NCBI GenBank assembly: GCA_050290185.1
Contig: JBNKHE010000001.1
Coordinates: 450,713 to 514,712 of the forward strand
Length of the DNA: 64,000 nucleotides
From: Pontiella sp.
Lineage (GTDB): Bacteria; Verrucomicrobiota; Kiritimatiellia; Kiritimatiellales; Pontiellaceae
Direction of reading: 5' to 3'
Positions 18,910 through 27,601 of the stretch are shown here, in pieces. The notes below the pieces were generated by a model that was not told the DNA's origin, did not search any database, and saw only the letters and a program-made list of their open reading frames with translations. The first letter of the stretch is position 1; each line of letters begins with the position of its first letter. The translations under genes and the position numbers were made by a program.

Positions 18910-20007
18910 CAGCAACCGAACAATATTGCGGACGGAAAACGCCAGGTCCTCAGGGGCGTGGGCCATGCATTCTGCCAGCGAAGTATGGCCGGCGGAGATG
19001 CTGAAGGCATAATCGAATGTGCCGAAGACCGCATCAAGGTCGCCATGCAGCGCCCCCGAAAGCAACAGGGTTTTCACTCCACGCTCACGAGCCATGCCCG
19101 CCAAAACGGCACACAGCTTACCGGAGGCTGTCTGTCTATCGGTCCGGCCTTCTCCCGTAATCAGCAGGTCGGCTTCTTCGAGCGCCTGCGGCAAGCCAAC
19201 GGTTTCCGCAACCAACTGAGCACCGGGAACAATGCGGGCCTGGCAAAACGCCCGCAGTCCATAGCCCAATCCTCCGGCGGCTCCGTCGCCGGGCTCCTCG
19301 GCTACACCAAGGATGGTTCGGAGATTGCCAAGCCCGGCATCAAGACGTTCGGTCATTTCCGGCGTGGCCCCCTTTTGCGGTCCAAATACATGGGCCGCGC
19401 CGTTTGGCCCAGTCAGCGGATTGGTCACATCGCAGGCCACCTGAATGTTCGCATCGGCCAGCGCCGGATGTACCGATGCGGAATCAACGGAATGAATGAC
19501 AGAAAGGATTCTACCGCCCCGTTCAGCAGTCTCATTCCCGTCGCGATCGAGGAAACGATAGCCCAGAGCCTGGGCCATGCCGGTGCCGCCATCGACCGTA
19601 GCGCTGCCTCCAATCCCCATCACAATGGAGGTGTGCCCCTCATCCAACATATGCCCAAGAATTTCACCCACCCCATATGTCGTAGTTTCCAAGGGGTTGA
19701 GCCGGTCATGCGGAACCAGTTCAATGCCGGCGGCCGAAGCCATTTCCATCACAGCAGTACCATCATGAAGAAGTCCATACTGCGCTTCAACGCGGTCTCC
19801 CAGCGCGCCGCAAACTTCCAAGGTATGCAAGGAGCCCCTGGTTGCCGCAACCATGGCATCAACCGTCCCTTCCCCACCATCTGCCATGGGGAACATCCAC
19901 ACCTCGGCATCGGGGCACTCGAGCAAAATAGCGTCCCGGATTATGGTGCAGATCGTCGAACTGCGCATATTGCCTTTGTAGGAATCCGGAGCAATTATGA
20001 TTTTCAT
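18898..20007 (-). CDS. Glycerate kinase
   Basis: IIAPDSYKG, PMADGGEGT, GIGGSATVDGG, GPQKGA, GAAGG, TGEG. Confidence 0.92.
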   Translation of the reverse strand: MKIIIAPDSYKGNMRSSTICTIIRDAILLECPDAEVWMFPMADGGEGTVDAMVAATRGSLHTLEVCGALGDRVEAQYGLLHDGTAVMEMASAAGIELVPHDRLNPLETTTYGVGEILGHMLDEGHTSIVMGIGGSATVDGGTGMAQALGYRFLDRDGNETAERGGRILSVIHSVDSASVHPALADANIQVACDVTNPLTGPNGAAHVFGPQKGATPEMTERLDAGLGNLRTILGVAEEPGDGAAGGLGYGLRAFCQARIVPGAQLVAETVGLPQALEEADLLITGEGRTDRQTASGKLCAVLAGMARERGVKTLLLSGALHGDLDAVFGTFDYAFSISAGHTSLAECMAHAPEDLAFSVRNIVRLLSAG

Positions 20008-20147
20008 GCGTCCTCCCGGTCTCATCGTAAACTGCGTTCAGTTTGTACGCTTGACCGGAGAAAGCAAGGCCACGCACCGGCTGTTTCAGGGAGGTTGAAG
20101 CGTTCATCGCTTGACACCGTCCGTTCGAAGGGGAAGTATGCGCCATC

Positions 20148-20275
20148 AATCGGATGATTCGGCAAGTCCCGTGGAAATCGGGCGCTGTCGCGCAACTGTA
20201 ATCGGCCAACGGGCCGTAAGCCAGAAAACGGACATCGGATTGCTTTTGTTTGTCTCCTTCGCGGAATAAGGGGAT
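20148..20275 (+). ncRNA. Cobalamin riboswitch, compact (class II-like)
   Basis: cccgtggaaatcggg T-loop arm, ctgtcgcgcaactgtaa, aagccag B12-box; closing helix aatcggatg/catcggatt; P13 loop cgcgg complementary to L5 tcgcg; upstream of btuB; TTGACA at 20111. Confidence 0.85.
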
Positions 20276-20368
20276 GGCTGCCGGTTCCTACGGTCTCCTT
20301 CCCTTTGTCCTTGCGCGGGATTTTAATTAACCGACTAGCGCCCCGCGTAAGGGCAGAATGGAATACCC

Positions 20369-22378
20369 ATGCAATACCGTATCCTCGCCGTGTTCGCACT
20401 TGCGGCAACCACAACGTTTGCCGACTCGACCAACACCCTATCCAACACCGGAACGCAGGATCCCAATACCATCCTGATCACCGCAACGCGCACGAAAAGC
20501 AGCGTGCAGAACATCCCCGGAAACCCTGTCGTCATCGACTCGGACGCAATCAGGCAGGGAGGATTCACATCGCTCCCCGCCATATTGAACAAGAAGGCCG
20601 GACTGCATTTCCGCAACTATTCCGACAACCCCGGCCGCGCCTCCGTGGATATGCGCGGATTTGGAGCGAACAGTCATGGCCGGGTGCTGGTCATGATGAA
20701 TGGCCGCCGCATTAACCGACCCGACCAGGCCCCGGTCAACTGGTCGCAGATTCCGGTCGGCAACATCGACCGCATCGAAGTCGTCCGGGGAGCACACAGT
20801 GCGCTGTACGGGGACTTTGCGGTGGGTGGAGCCATCAACATCATCACCCGTCGCGGCACGGGAAAACCCGAATTCGAGGCCAGCCTCACGGGTGGCTCGT
20901 ACGGATTCAACGACGAAAGCATCAGCGCTTCCGGCGATGCAGGCGATATCGGCTACTCCACATCCATCGGGCACCAGTCCGCCGACGGATACCGGGATCG
21001 GTCTGCCTATGAAACCTGGTCGGGCACACTGAGTCTCGAAACGGATTTTTCGGATTATCTGGGATCATGGATCGATTATTCCTACATCGACTCCGACTAC
21101 GAACTGCCCGGCAGCCTGACCGAGGCCCAGGTGCGGCAGGATCGACGGCAATCCATCAACCCCGACAACGATGCCGCGGAACAGTTCCACAACATCGGAT
21201 TCGGCCTCGGGCTTTATCCCAACGAAAACAACGAGGCAACAATCGATCTCGGATTCAGCCGCAAGGACATTGAATCGAACTTCGCATCGTATTCATCCTT
21301 CAACACATGGGGGATCAACACCTATACCCTCAGCCCGAAATATGTCTACTCGGCCACCCCCTTCCACCGTGAAAACAAACTGACCCTGGGGGTCGACTTA
21401 AGCTACGACGATCTGGATGTCGACCTCTACGGCGACCGGGCCCACACCATCCGGAACGGGTCGTCCGCCGTGGGAAAAGAAACCGCCGGCGCATACGTTC
21501 ACAACGAACTCGATATTCTCGACCATCTTATCCTGTCCGGAGGAGCCCGGGTTGAGCAGGCCAAATACAGCATCAAGGAGCGCGATGCCTTCGGCGTTGT
21601 GCAACAAGACACCAGCGATACCCACAAGATATCCGCCTTCGATGCCGGAATCACCTTCCTGCCGGTCGAGCCGCTGAAGCTCTTCGCCCGGATTGACAAA
21701 CTCTACCGCCTCCCGTTTCTCGACGAGCAAATCTCCTACCAGGGCTTCGGCTCCGGCTTCAACAAGGATCTAGATCCCGAAACCGGCATGTCGTACGAGA
21801 CCGGCTTCAACCTTGCGCCCTCCGATCAGCTCGATCTCTCATGCACCCTTTTCCGCATGGATATGAAAGACGAGATCGCCTATGTCTTTCCCTCCAACGT
21901 GAACCTCGACAAAACCCGCCACCAAGGGGTGGAGCTTTCCGGCAACTGGCAGGCACTCGAACATCTGGGCCTTTACGCAAACTACACGTTCCAAAAGGTC
22001 GAATTCACCGCCGGTGCAAACAAAGGCAACGAAGTCCCGCTCGTACCCCAAAACCTGCTGACGACTGGATTCGATGCCGAACTACTGGATAACCTGCACG
22101 TCCTGACTGACGTCACCTTCACAGACTCCCAGTTTGCCGGCGGAGCCGAAAACAACGCCGCGGGATCCGAGCTCGATGCCTACACGCTGGTGGACGTTGC
22201 TTTGCGCTACACCCTTGCCTTCAAAAAGTCCGAGGTGGAGCTGTTTGCCGGCATAGACAACCTGTTCGCGGAGGAATACAGCCCCATTGCGTATTACAGC
22301 ACGTTCTCCGGTAGCATCTATGCCTACTACCCCGCGCCGGAGCGCACCTACAAGGCCGGCGTCAAAGTACGGTTCTGA
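20369..22378 (+). CDS. btuB: TonB-dependent corrinoid receptor (BtuB-like)
   Basis: Signal peptide, ITATR TonB box, plug IDRIEVVRGAHSALYG, C-terminal F; downstream of B12 riboswitch. Confidence 0.85.
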   Translation: MQYRILAVFALAATTTFADSTNTLSNTGTQDPNTILITATRTKSSVQNIPGNPVVIDSDAIRQGGFTSLPAILNKKAGLHFRNYSDNPGRASVDMRGFGANSHGRVLVMMNGRRINRPDQAPVNWSQIPVGNIDRIEVVRGAHSALYGDFAVGGAINIITRRGTGKPEFEASLTGGSYGFNDESISASGDAGDIGYSTSIGHQSADGYRDRSAYETWSGTLSLETDFSDYLGSWIDYSYIDSDYELPGSLTEAQVRQDRRQSINPDNDAAEQFHNIGFGLGLYPNENNEATIDLGFSRKDIESNFASYSSFNTWGINTYTLSPKYVYSATPFHRENKLTLGVDLSYDDLDVDLYGDRAHTIRNGSSAVGKETAGAYVHNELDILDHLILSGGARVEQAKYSIKERDAFGVVQQDTSDTHKISAFDAGITFLPVEPLKLFARIDKLYRLPFLDEQISYQGFGSGFNKDLDPETGMSYETGFNLAPSDQLDLSCTLFRMDMKDEIAYVFPSNVNLDKTRHQGVELSGNWQALEHLGLYANYTFQKVEFTAGANKGNEVPLVPQNLLTTGFDAELLDNLHVLTDVTFTDSQFAGGAENNAAGSELDAYTLVDVALRYTLAFKKSEVELFAGIDNLFAEEYSPIAYYSTFSGSIYAYYPAPERTYKAGVKVRF

Positions 22379-22389
22379 TGGAATCAAGA

Positions 22390-22419
22390 AGCGGCTTCCT
22401 TGAAACCAAGGAAGCCGCT
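22390..22419 (+). other. 13-bp hairpin without U-tract (likely mRNA stabiliser)
   Basis: agcggcttccttg-aaac-caaggaagccgct. Confidence 0.6.
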
Positions 22420-22456
22420 AACATGCGTCTGCCGAAAAAGGAGACAGGAGATACCG

Positions 22457-23080
22457 ATGTACGAGTTGATGATCAAGGGCGGTCCGGTAATGTGGCCGTT
22501 GCTGGCCTGTTCAATAGTGGCGCTGGCCGTCGTCTTTGAGCGTCTCCTGTTCTGGTTGCTCGTTTCCATGCGCAAGAACCAGAAGCTCGTCAACCGCATC
22601 TTCACGCTGACCGAAAACGGCGACTTCGATACCGCCATCCAGGAAGGCGAAGCATCCCGTTGCCTGGTCTGTCGAATTCTCACTGCAGGGCTGGCGCACC
22701 GCAACTATGGCCTCGTCCAGTCGCTCGAAGCCGCCGCCATGCAGGAAATCGAAAAGATGAAGCGCTACCTCTCCGTGCTCGACACCATCATCACGCTCGC
22801 TCCCCTGCTCGGTATTCTCGGTACGGTCTCCGGCATCATCATCTCCTTTGACCTGCTTGGAACGGCGGGCATCGAGAACCCCAAGGCCGTCACTGGCGGT
22901 ATCGCCCAGGCGCTCCTCACCACCGCCGCCGGCCTCGCCATCGCCATCGTCGCCCTGCTCCCCTACAACGCCCTTACCCGCAAGGTCGAAAAGGTCACCC
23001 GCTATCTCGAACAGCTCGTCACCTGCTACGAAGTCACCGTCCAGAAGGGGATGGAGAACCGGCGGGATTCGACAAAATAA
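22457..23080 (+). CDS. exbB: MotA/TolQ/ExbB proton channel
   Basis: GGPVMWPL, APLLGILGTV.GII, GIAQALLTTAAGL; stop codon lies inside the left inverted repeat. Confidence 0.92.
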   Translation: MYELMIKGGPVMWPLLACSIVALAVVFERLLFWLLVSMRKNQKLVNRIFTLTENGDFDTAIQEGEASRCLVCRILTAGLAHRNYGLVQSLEAAAMQEIEKMKRYLSVLDTIITLAPLLGILGTVSGIIISFDLLGTAGIENPKAVTGGIAQALLTTAAGLAIAIVALLPYNALTRKVEKVTRYLEQLVTCYEVTVQKGMENRRDSTK

Positions 23081-23927
23081 TTAGGGACAAAATAATTCGA
23101 TGCCAATGGTTCCACAGCACCCAATCCGGCGGATTCCTGAAACGGAATTCCATGAGCTGGATTATGCAATCATGAAATTGGCTTTCGACACGCACAATGC
23201 TCTCGGTCGCTTTTATGACGAGAAGATTTACCAGGCTGAGCTGGCGAGAAACTGCAAACATTCCGGCATCGATATCTCGCTGGAATTCGAGATAAAACTG
23301 GTTCATGGCGACTATCAAAAACCGCTGTATATCGACCTACTGGCAGACAAAAGCTCGGTGTATGAACTCAAAGCGTGTTCCTGCATCGCAGAACCACATC
23401 GGATACAAGCGCTTAACTACCTCTTTGCCTCCGAGACGAAACATGGAAAAATCATAAATTTCCGCCCTAAATCCGTAGAGCACGAATTCGTCTCCACCCA
23501 ACTGGATCTTCATAAACGGCGGGAGTTCAGCATATCAGATGGAACGTGGGCATCGGGAACCCATGCTGACCAGTTAAAAGATCTAATTATCGCCCTACTC
23601 AATGACTGGGGTGCATTTTTCGATACCGACATTTATCTCGATGCCATATGCCACTTTCTCGGAGGAAAGGGTGCGGTCATTCGCGACACATCGATCCATA
23701 GCGACAATGCAGTAATAGGACGCCAAACCATACCACACCTCTCCGACACCGAGGCCTTCTGCCTGACCTCCGTATCAAAAAACATTCCGACCTATGAAAG
23801 CCACCTGATCCGATTTCTGAAACACACCAAGCTCGAAGCCATCCACTGGATAAATTTAAACCGTTCCAAAATTGGTTTTTCATCCCTGAATAGAAAATCA
23901 TTTTGTCCCTAATCATTTTGTCGAACC
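23061..23927 (+). mobile_element. Inserted element: GxxExxY nuclease gene between 30-bp inverted repeats
   Basis: IRs 23068-23097 and 23896-23925 (28/30); GAACC direct repeats at 23056-23060 and 23923-23927; removal restores the exbB/exbD ATGA overlap; visibly AT-richer than flanks. Confidence 0.7.
23100..23912 (+). CDS. GxxExxY protein (PD-(D/E)XK nuclease fold), long tandem-domain form
   Basis: HNALGRFYDEKIYQ, IDLL....VYELKA, HRIQALNYL, GKIINF. Confidence 0.88.
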   Translation: MPMVPQHPIRRIPETEFHELDYAIMKLAFDTHNALGRFYDEKIYQAELARNCKHSGIDISLEFEIKLVHGDYQKPLYIDLLADKSSVYELKACSCIAEPHRIQALNYLFASETKHGKIINFRPKSVEHEFVSTQLDLHKRREFSISDGTWASGTHADQLKDLIIALLNDWGAFFDTDIYLDAICHFLGGKGAVIRDTSIHSDNAVIGRQTIPHLSDTEAFCLTSVSKNIPTYESHLIRFLKHTKLEAIHWINLNRSKIGFSSLNRKSFCP

Positions 23928-23928
23928 C

Positions 23929-24336
23929 ATGAAACTAAACTGCGGATATGAAACGAAGAAGGCGCGGGTGGAAATGCTTCCGCTCATCGATGTCGTGTTT
24001 CTGCTACTCGTCTTCTTCATCTACGCCATGCTTTCCATGGTCGTTCATCACGGCCTGAAGGTGGACCTGCCATCGGCAGGAACCGCCACGCTGGAACAGA
24101 ACGACTACATCGCCATCACGATCGATGCCGACAACCGGATCTTTCTTGGCGGTGCCCCCATCGACATGGGCGAGCTTCCGGATCGCGTGCTTGAACTGCG
24201 CGGTGCGGAATCCAAACCTGTCTTCATCGACGGCGACGAGCTCGCGGATCTTGGCTTGGCGATCCAGTTGCTGGATATCCTGAAAAAATCGGGCATTGAG
24301 GAAGTTTCTTTTTCATGCAAGCAATCGCAACCATAG
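23929..24336 (+). CDS. exbD: ExbD/TolR protein
   Basis: MLPLIDVVFLLLVFF, VDLPSA, IDGD. Confidence 0.92.
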   Translation: MKLNCGYETKKARVEMLPLIDVVFLLLVFFIYAMLSMVVHHGLKVDLPSAGTATLEQNDYIAITIDADNRIFLGGAPIDMGELPDRVLELRGAESKPVFIDGDELADLGLAIQLLDILKKSGIEEVSFSCKQSQP

Positions 24337-24926
24337 TAAGACAGCCCATCCTTGCCGGGCTGCTGCTTTCCGTGGTCGCCCACATGGCCATACTGCATCG
24401 GCACGCCATCATTGCCCCGTTGCATACAACGCCCATCCCCGAACTGGAATCAGGCCGAACGGCGGTACAACTAACCCTGATGACGACGGCCTCCGAGGTG
24501 CACATGCCACAGGAGGAACCACTCCCCGTTCCGGAACAGAACCAGCCCTCGCAGAAAGCCACCGTGGAACCCGTTGCAACCAATGCCGTTCCCCCATCCG
24601 CACCCCGGGAACCCAATACGGCAACGGTGCCGACTGAAGATACCGGCATCACATCCGAGGCTGTGGTCGTCGGCACCTACCATCCTGTCTATCCGCATAT
24701 TTCGACACGGCGAAGAGAAGAAGGTTCTGTAATGATATCGGTTCAGGTGCTTTCCAACGGGACCCCGGGCATCGTTGAAATCCTTGAATCCAGCGGCTAT
24801 CGCAGGCTAGACCAGGCCGCCATTGATGGCGTCGGAAAAACGACTTTTAAACCCGCTCTGCAGGATGGTCTTCCTGTCGAATCCACCACGGAACTCACAT
24901 ACACCTTCAGGTTGACCGATGATTAA
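24315..24926 (+). CDS. tonB: TonB energy transducer
   Basis: N-terminal TM with SxxxH, Pro-rich linker, YP..RREEGSV, SSGYRRLDQAA. Confidence 0.85.
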   Translation: MQAIATIVRQPILAGLLLSVVAHMAILHRHAIIAPLHTTPIPELESGRTAVQLTLMTTASEVHMPQEEPLPVPEQNQPSQKATVEPVATNAVPPSAPREPNTATVPTEDTGITSEAVVVGTYHPVYPHISTRRREEGSVMISVQVLSNGTPGIVEILESSGYRRLDQAAIDGVGKTTFKPALQDGLPVESTTELTYTFRLTDD

Positions 24927-25824
24927 GCGGATCCCAATAGTACTACTTACCATCCTGCTTGCGGCCTGCGGACGGCACCCCCCCCCCCTGCCCGGGAATC
25001 CGGAGCGCATCGTTTCCATGGCACCGAGCATCACCGAATGCATCTTTGCCGCCGGCGGCGGTGACCGTCTGGTCGGGGTCAGCGCCTTCTGCACCTATCC
25101 GGAAGCCGTCCATCACCTGCCGGCGATCGGTGGATACACCGATACGAACTATGAAATGATTTATTCCCTAGAGCCGGATCTCGTGTTCATTCTCGATGAA
25201 CACGGTTCCGCCGCCGAACGTCTTGCCGCGCTGGGAATCCCCTCGTTCAAGGTGGACACCTCCACCATTCCCGCCATTCTCGAAAGCCTGCAGAACCTGG
25301 GATCACTCTTCCACACCGAAGAAACTGCCGACCTGGAAGTTGCCCGGCTGAAGCAACGGATGGAGGAAATCCAAACGCGAACACGCGATGCACCGCCCCG
25401 CCGCGTCCTCATTTCCGTCGGGCGCAACATAGGAACCGGGGACCTGTCCGATGTCTACGTCGCCGGGCGGAACACCCTCTATAATGAAATGCTCGAAATG
25501 CTTGGGGCGCAGAACGTCTATTCGGGCAACCTGGAATACGCCAAGCTCTCCCGCGAAGGCCTCATGCGGCTCGCCCCCGATGTCATTATCGATCTGGTTC
25601 CCGATCTGGCGTCCTACGGCAACCTGACCGCCGATGACGTTCGGCAGGAATGGAACATCCTGGCCAGCGTACCCGCCGTGCGGGACGGACAGGTCCATGT
25701 TTTGAGCAACAACTATGTCTGCATCCCCGGCCCGCGCTTCGTGCTCACATTCGAAGACATCGCCCGCGCCGTCTATCCCGAATGCTTCGCGGCAACAGCA
25801 CAAAATAATTTGGTGACAGAATAA
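24919..25824 (+). CDS. btuF: Corrinoid ABC transporter substrate-binding lipoprotein (BtuF-like)
   Basis: Lipobox LAAC, RIVSMAPSITE, LVGVS.FC.YP, PGPR. Confidence 0.85.
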   Translation: MIKRIPIVLLTILLAACGRHPPPLPGNPERIVSMAPSITECIFAAGGGDRLVGVSAFCTYPEAVHHLPAIGGYTDTNYEMIYSLEPDLVFILDEHGSAAERLAALGIPSFKVDTSTIPAILESLQNLGSLFHTEETADLEVARLKQRMEEIQTRTRDAPPRRVLISVGRNIGTGDLSDVYVAGRNTLYNEMLEMLGAQNVYSGNLEYAKLSREGLMRLAPDVIIDLVPDLASYGNLTADDVRQEWNILASVPAVRDGQVHVLSNNYVCIPGPRFVLTFEDIARAVYPECFAATAQNNLVTE

Positions 25825-25826
25825 TT
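25800..25826 (+). repeat. Solo degenerate copy of the GxxExxY element left IR
   Basis: acaaaataatttggtgacagaataatt versus acaaaataattagggacaaaataatt. Confidence 0.65.
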
Positions 25827-26615
25827 ATGTCCAAACCGGCCATCCATATCGAGAACCTGAACCTGAGCTTGTCCGGGAAAAACATCCTCGACGGGATTGC
25901 CCTGGAGGTGCAGCGCGGCGAGTATGTCTCGATCATCGGTCCGAACGGCGCAGGGAAAACCTCGCTCATCAAATGCATCGGCCACATCCATTCGAACTGG
26001 ACCGGATCGATCGCGGTCAACGGCAAGCCCTTGAACCGCTGCCCCCAACGCGAACTGGCTCGGCAGTTGAGCTATGTTCCGCAGGCCGAAGGACGCAGGC
26101 TGCCCTTCACCGTATTCGAGTTCGTGCTCATGGGGCGCTACCCGCATCTTTCCCCGTTCACCTCGGTCGGAGCAAACGACAAATGCATCGTCACCGAAAC
26201 GCTGGAACGGACCGGATTACTTCCGTTCAGCGGCCGCCGCCTTGACACGCTCAGCGGCGGTGAGCGGCAAATGGTATTCATTGCGGCGTCTCTTGCGCAA
26301 GGGGCGGAAATCCTGTTGCTGGACGAACCGACCTCCTTCCTCGACTATCGCCACCAGGCCCAGGTCATGCAGTTGCTAAGACGGTTGCACCGGCAAAACA
26401 ACATCACCATCGTATCCGTCAGCCACGATATCAATGCCGCCTGCGCGCAAAGCGACCGCATCGTGGCCCTTAAAAACGGAAAATGCGCATTCATCGACAC
26501 CCCGGAAAATGCCTTGAATGCCGAGCGGCTGGAAGCACTCTACGGAACCTCCTTCCTGATTGCCGACCACCCCTCCGGCAATGGGCGCATCGTTCTCGCG
26601 GAGGATCCCGCATGA
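25827..26615 (+). CDS. btuD: ABC transporter ATPase (BtuD/FepC-like)
   Basis: GPNGAGKT, LSGGERQ, LLLDEPT, SHD. Confidence 0.88.
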   Translation: MSKPAIHIENLNLSLSGKNILDGIALEVQRGEYVSIIGPNGAGKTSLIKCIGHIHSNWTGSIAVNGKPLNRCPQRELARQLSYVPQAEGRRLPFTVFEFVLMGRYPHLSPFTSVGANDKCIVTETLERTGLLPFSGRRLDTLSGGERQMVFIAASLAQGAEILLLDEPTSFLDYRHQAQVMQLLRRLHRQNNITIVSVSHDINAACAQSDRIVALKNGKCAFIDTPENALNAERLEALYGTSFLIADHPSGNGRIVLAEDPA

Positions 26616-27601
26616 AAACCGGCATAACCCTTTTCATCCTTGCCTGCATCGCATTGCTGACCCTGGCCATCGCGCCCATGATCGGTATCGATTTCATTCC
26701 ATGGTCGGCTATCTGGCACAACCCGGACGGCATGGAAGCCGGCATTCTGCGCGACCTGCGCATTCCGCGCACGCTGACCGGATTCCTCGTCGGCAGTGCG
26801 CTGGCCTTGAGCGGAATGACCTTCCAGGCCATGTTCCGCAACCCGCTCGCCACCCCCTTCACCCTTGGCACCGCCAGCGGCGCTTCGCTCGGCGCAGCAT
26901 TGTGCATTCGCTTCGGACTCACCTTCTCGTTCCTTGGGCTCACCGGCATCTCGTTCGCCGCCTTTGCCGGAAGCCTGCTGGCGGTCGGGCTCGTCTATGG
27001 CCTGACCCGGTTGAAAAAGGGATTCTCCACGGCCACCCTGCTGCTTGCCGGCGTGGCGGTCAGCTTTTTCTTTTCCAGCCTGATTCTGTTCATCAACTAC
27101 ATCAGCGGCTTTGCCAACACCTTCCGCATTATCCGGTGGATGATGGGATCGGTCGACCTCACCGGCTATGCCGGCCTTTCAAACATGCTCCCCTTCGTTT
27201 CGCTGGGCGCCTTGGGCATCGTGCTTTCCGCCAACGAACTGAACCTTCTCATGACCGGCGACGACATTGCAGCCAGTCGCGGAATGAATGTCGACCGGAC
27301 CAAGAAAATCCTCTTCGTGGCGACCGCGCTCATGATTGGCGGCGTAGTCGCCTTTTGCGGACCGATTGGATTCGTCGGCATGATGGCCCCCCATATTTGC
27401 CGGTTGATCATCGGCAACGAACATCGCGCGCTCATCCCCGCCACCGTACTCTTCGGCGGCACATTCCTCGTCGTATGCGATACGCTGGCACGCACCCTCA
27501 TCGCGCCGGTAGAAATGCCCGTCGGCGTCATTACTGCCCTGCTTGGCGGCCCCTTTTTCATCATTCTCCTGCTCAATAAAAAAGGAAACCTGGATCTATG
27601 A
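26612..27601 (+). CDS. btuC: ABC transporter permease (BtuC/FecCD family)
   Basis: LRIPR, FRNPLATP.TLG.ASGA, GPIGFVG..APH, EMPVGVIT..LGGPFF. Confidence 0.9.
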   Translation: MKTGITLFILACIALLTLAIAPMIGIDFIPWSAIWHNPDGMEAGILRDLRIPRTLTGFLVGSALALSGMTFQAMFRNPLATPFTLGTASGASLGAALCIRFGLTFSFLGLTGISFAAFAGSLLAVGLVYGLTRLKKGFSTATLLLAGVAVSFFFSSLILFINYISGFANTFRIIRWMMGSVDLTGYAGLSNMLPFVSLGALGIVLSANELNLLMTGDDIAASRGMNVDRTKKILFVATALMIGGVVAFCGPIGFVGMMAPHICRLIIGNEHRALIPATVLFGGTFLVVCDTLARTLIAPVEMPVGVITALLGGPFFIILLLNKKGNLDL

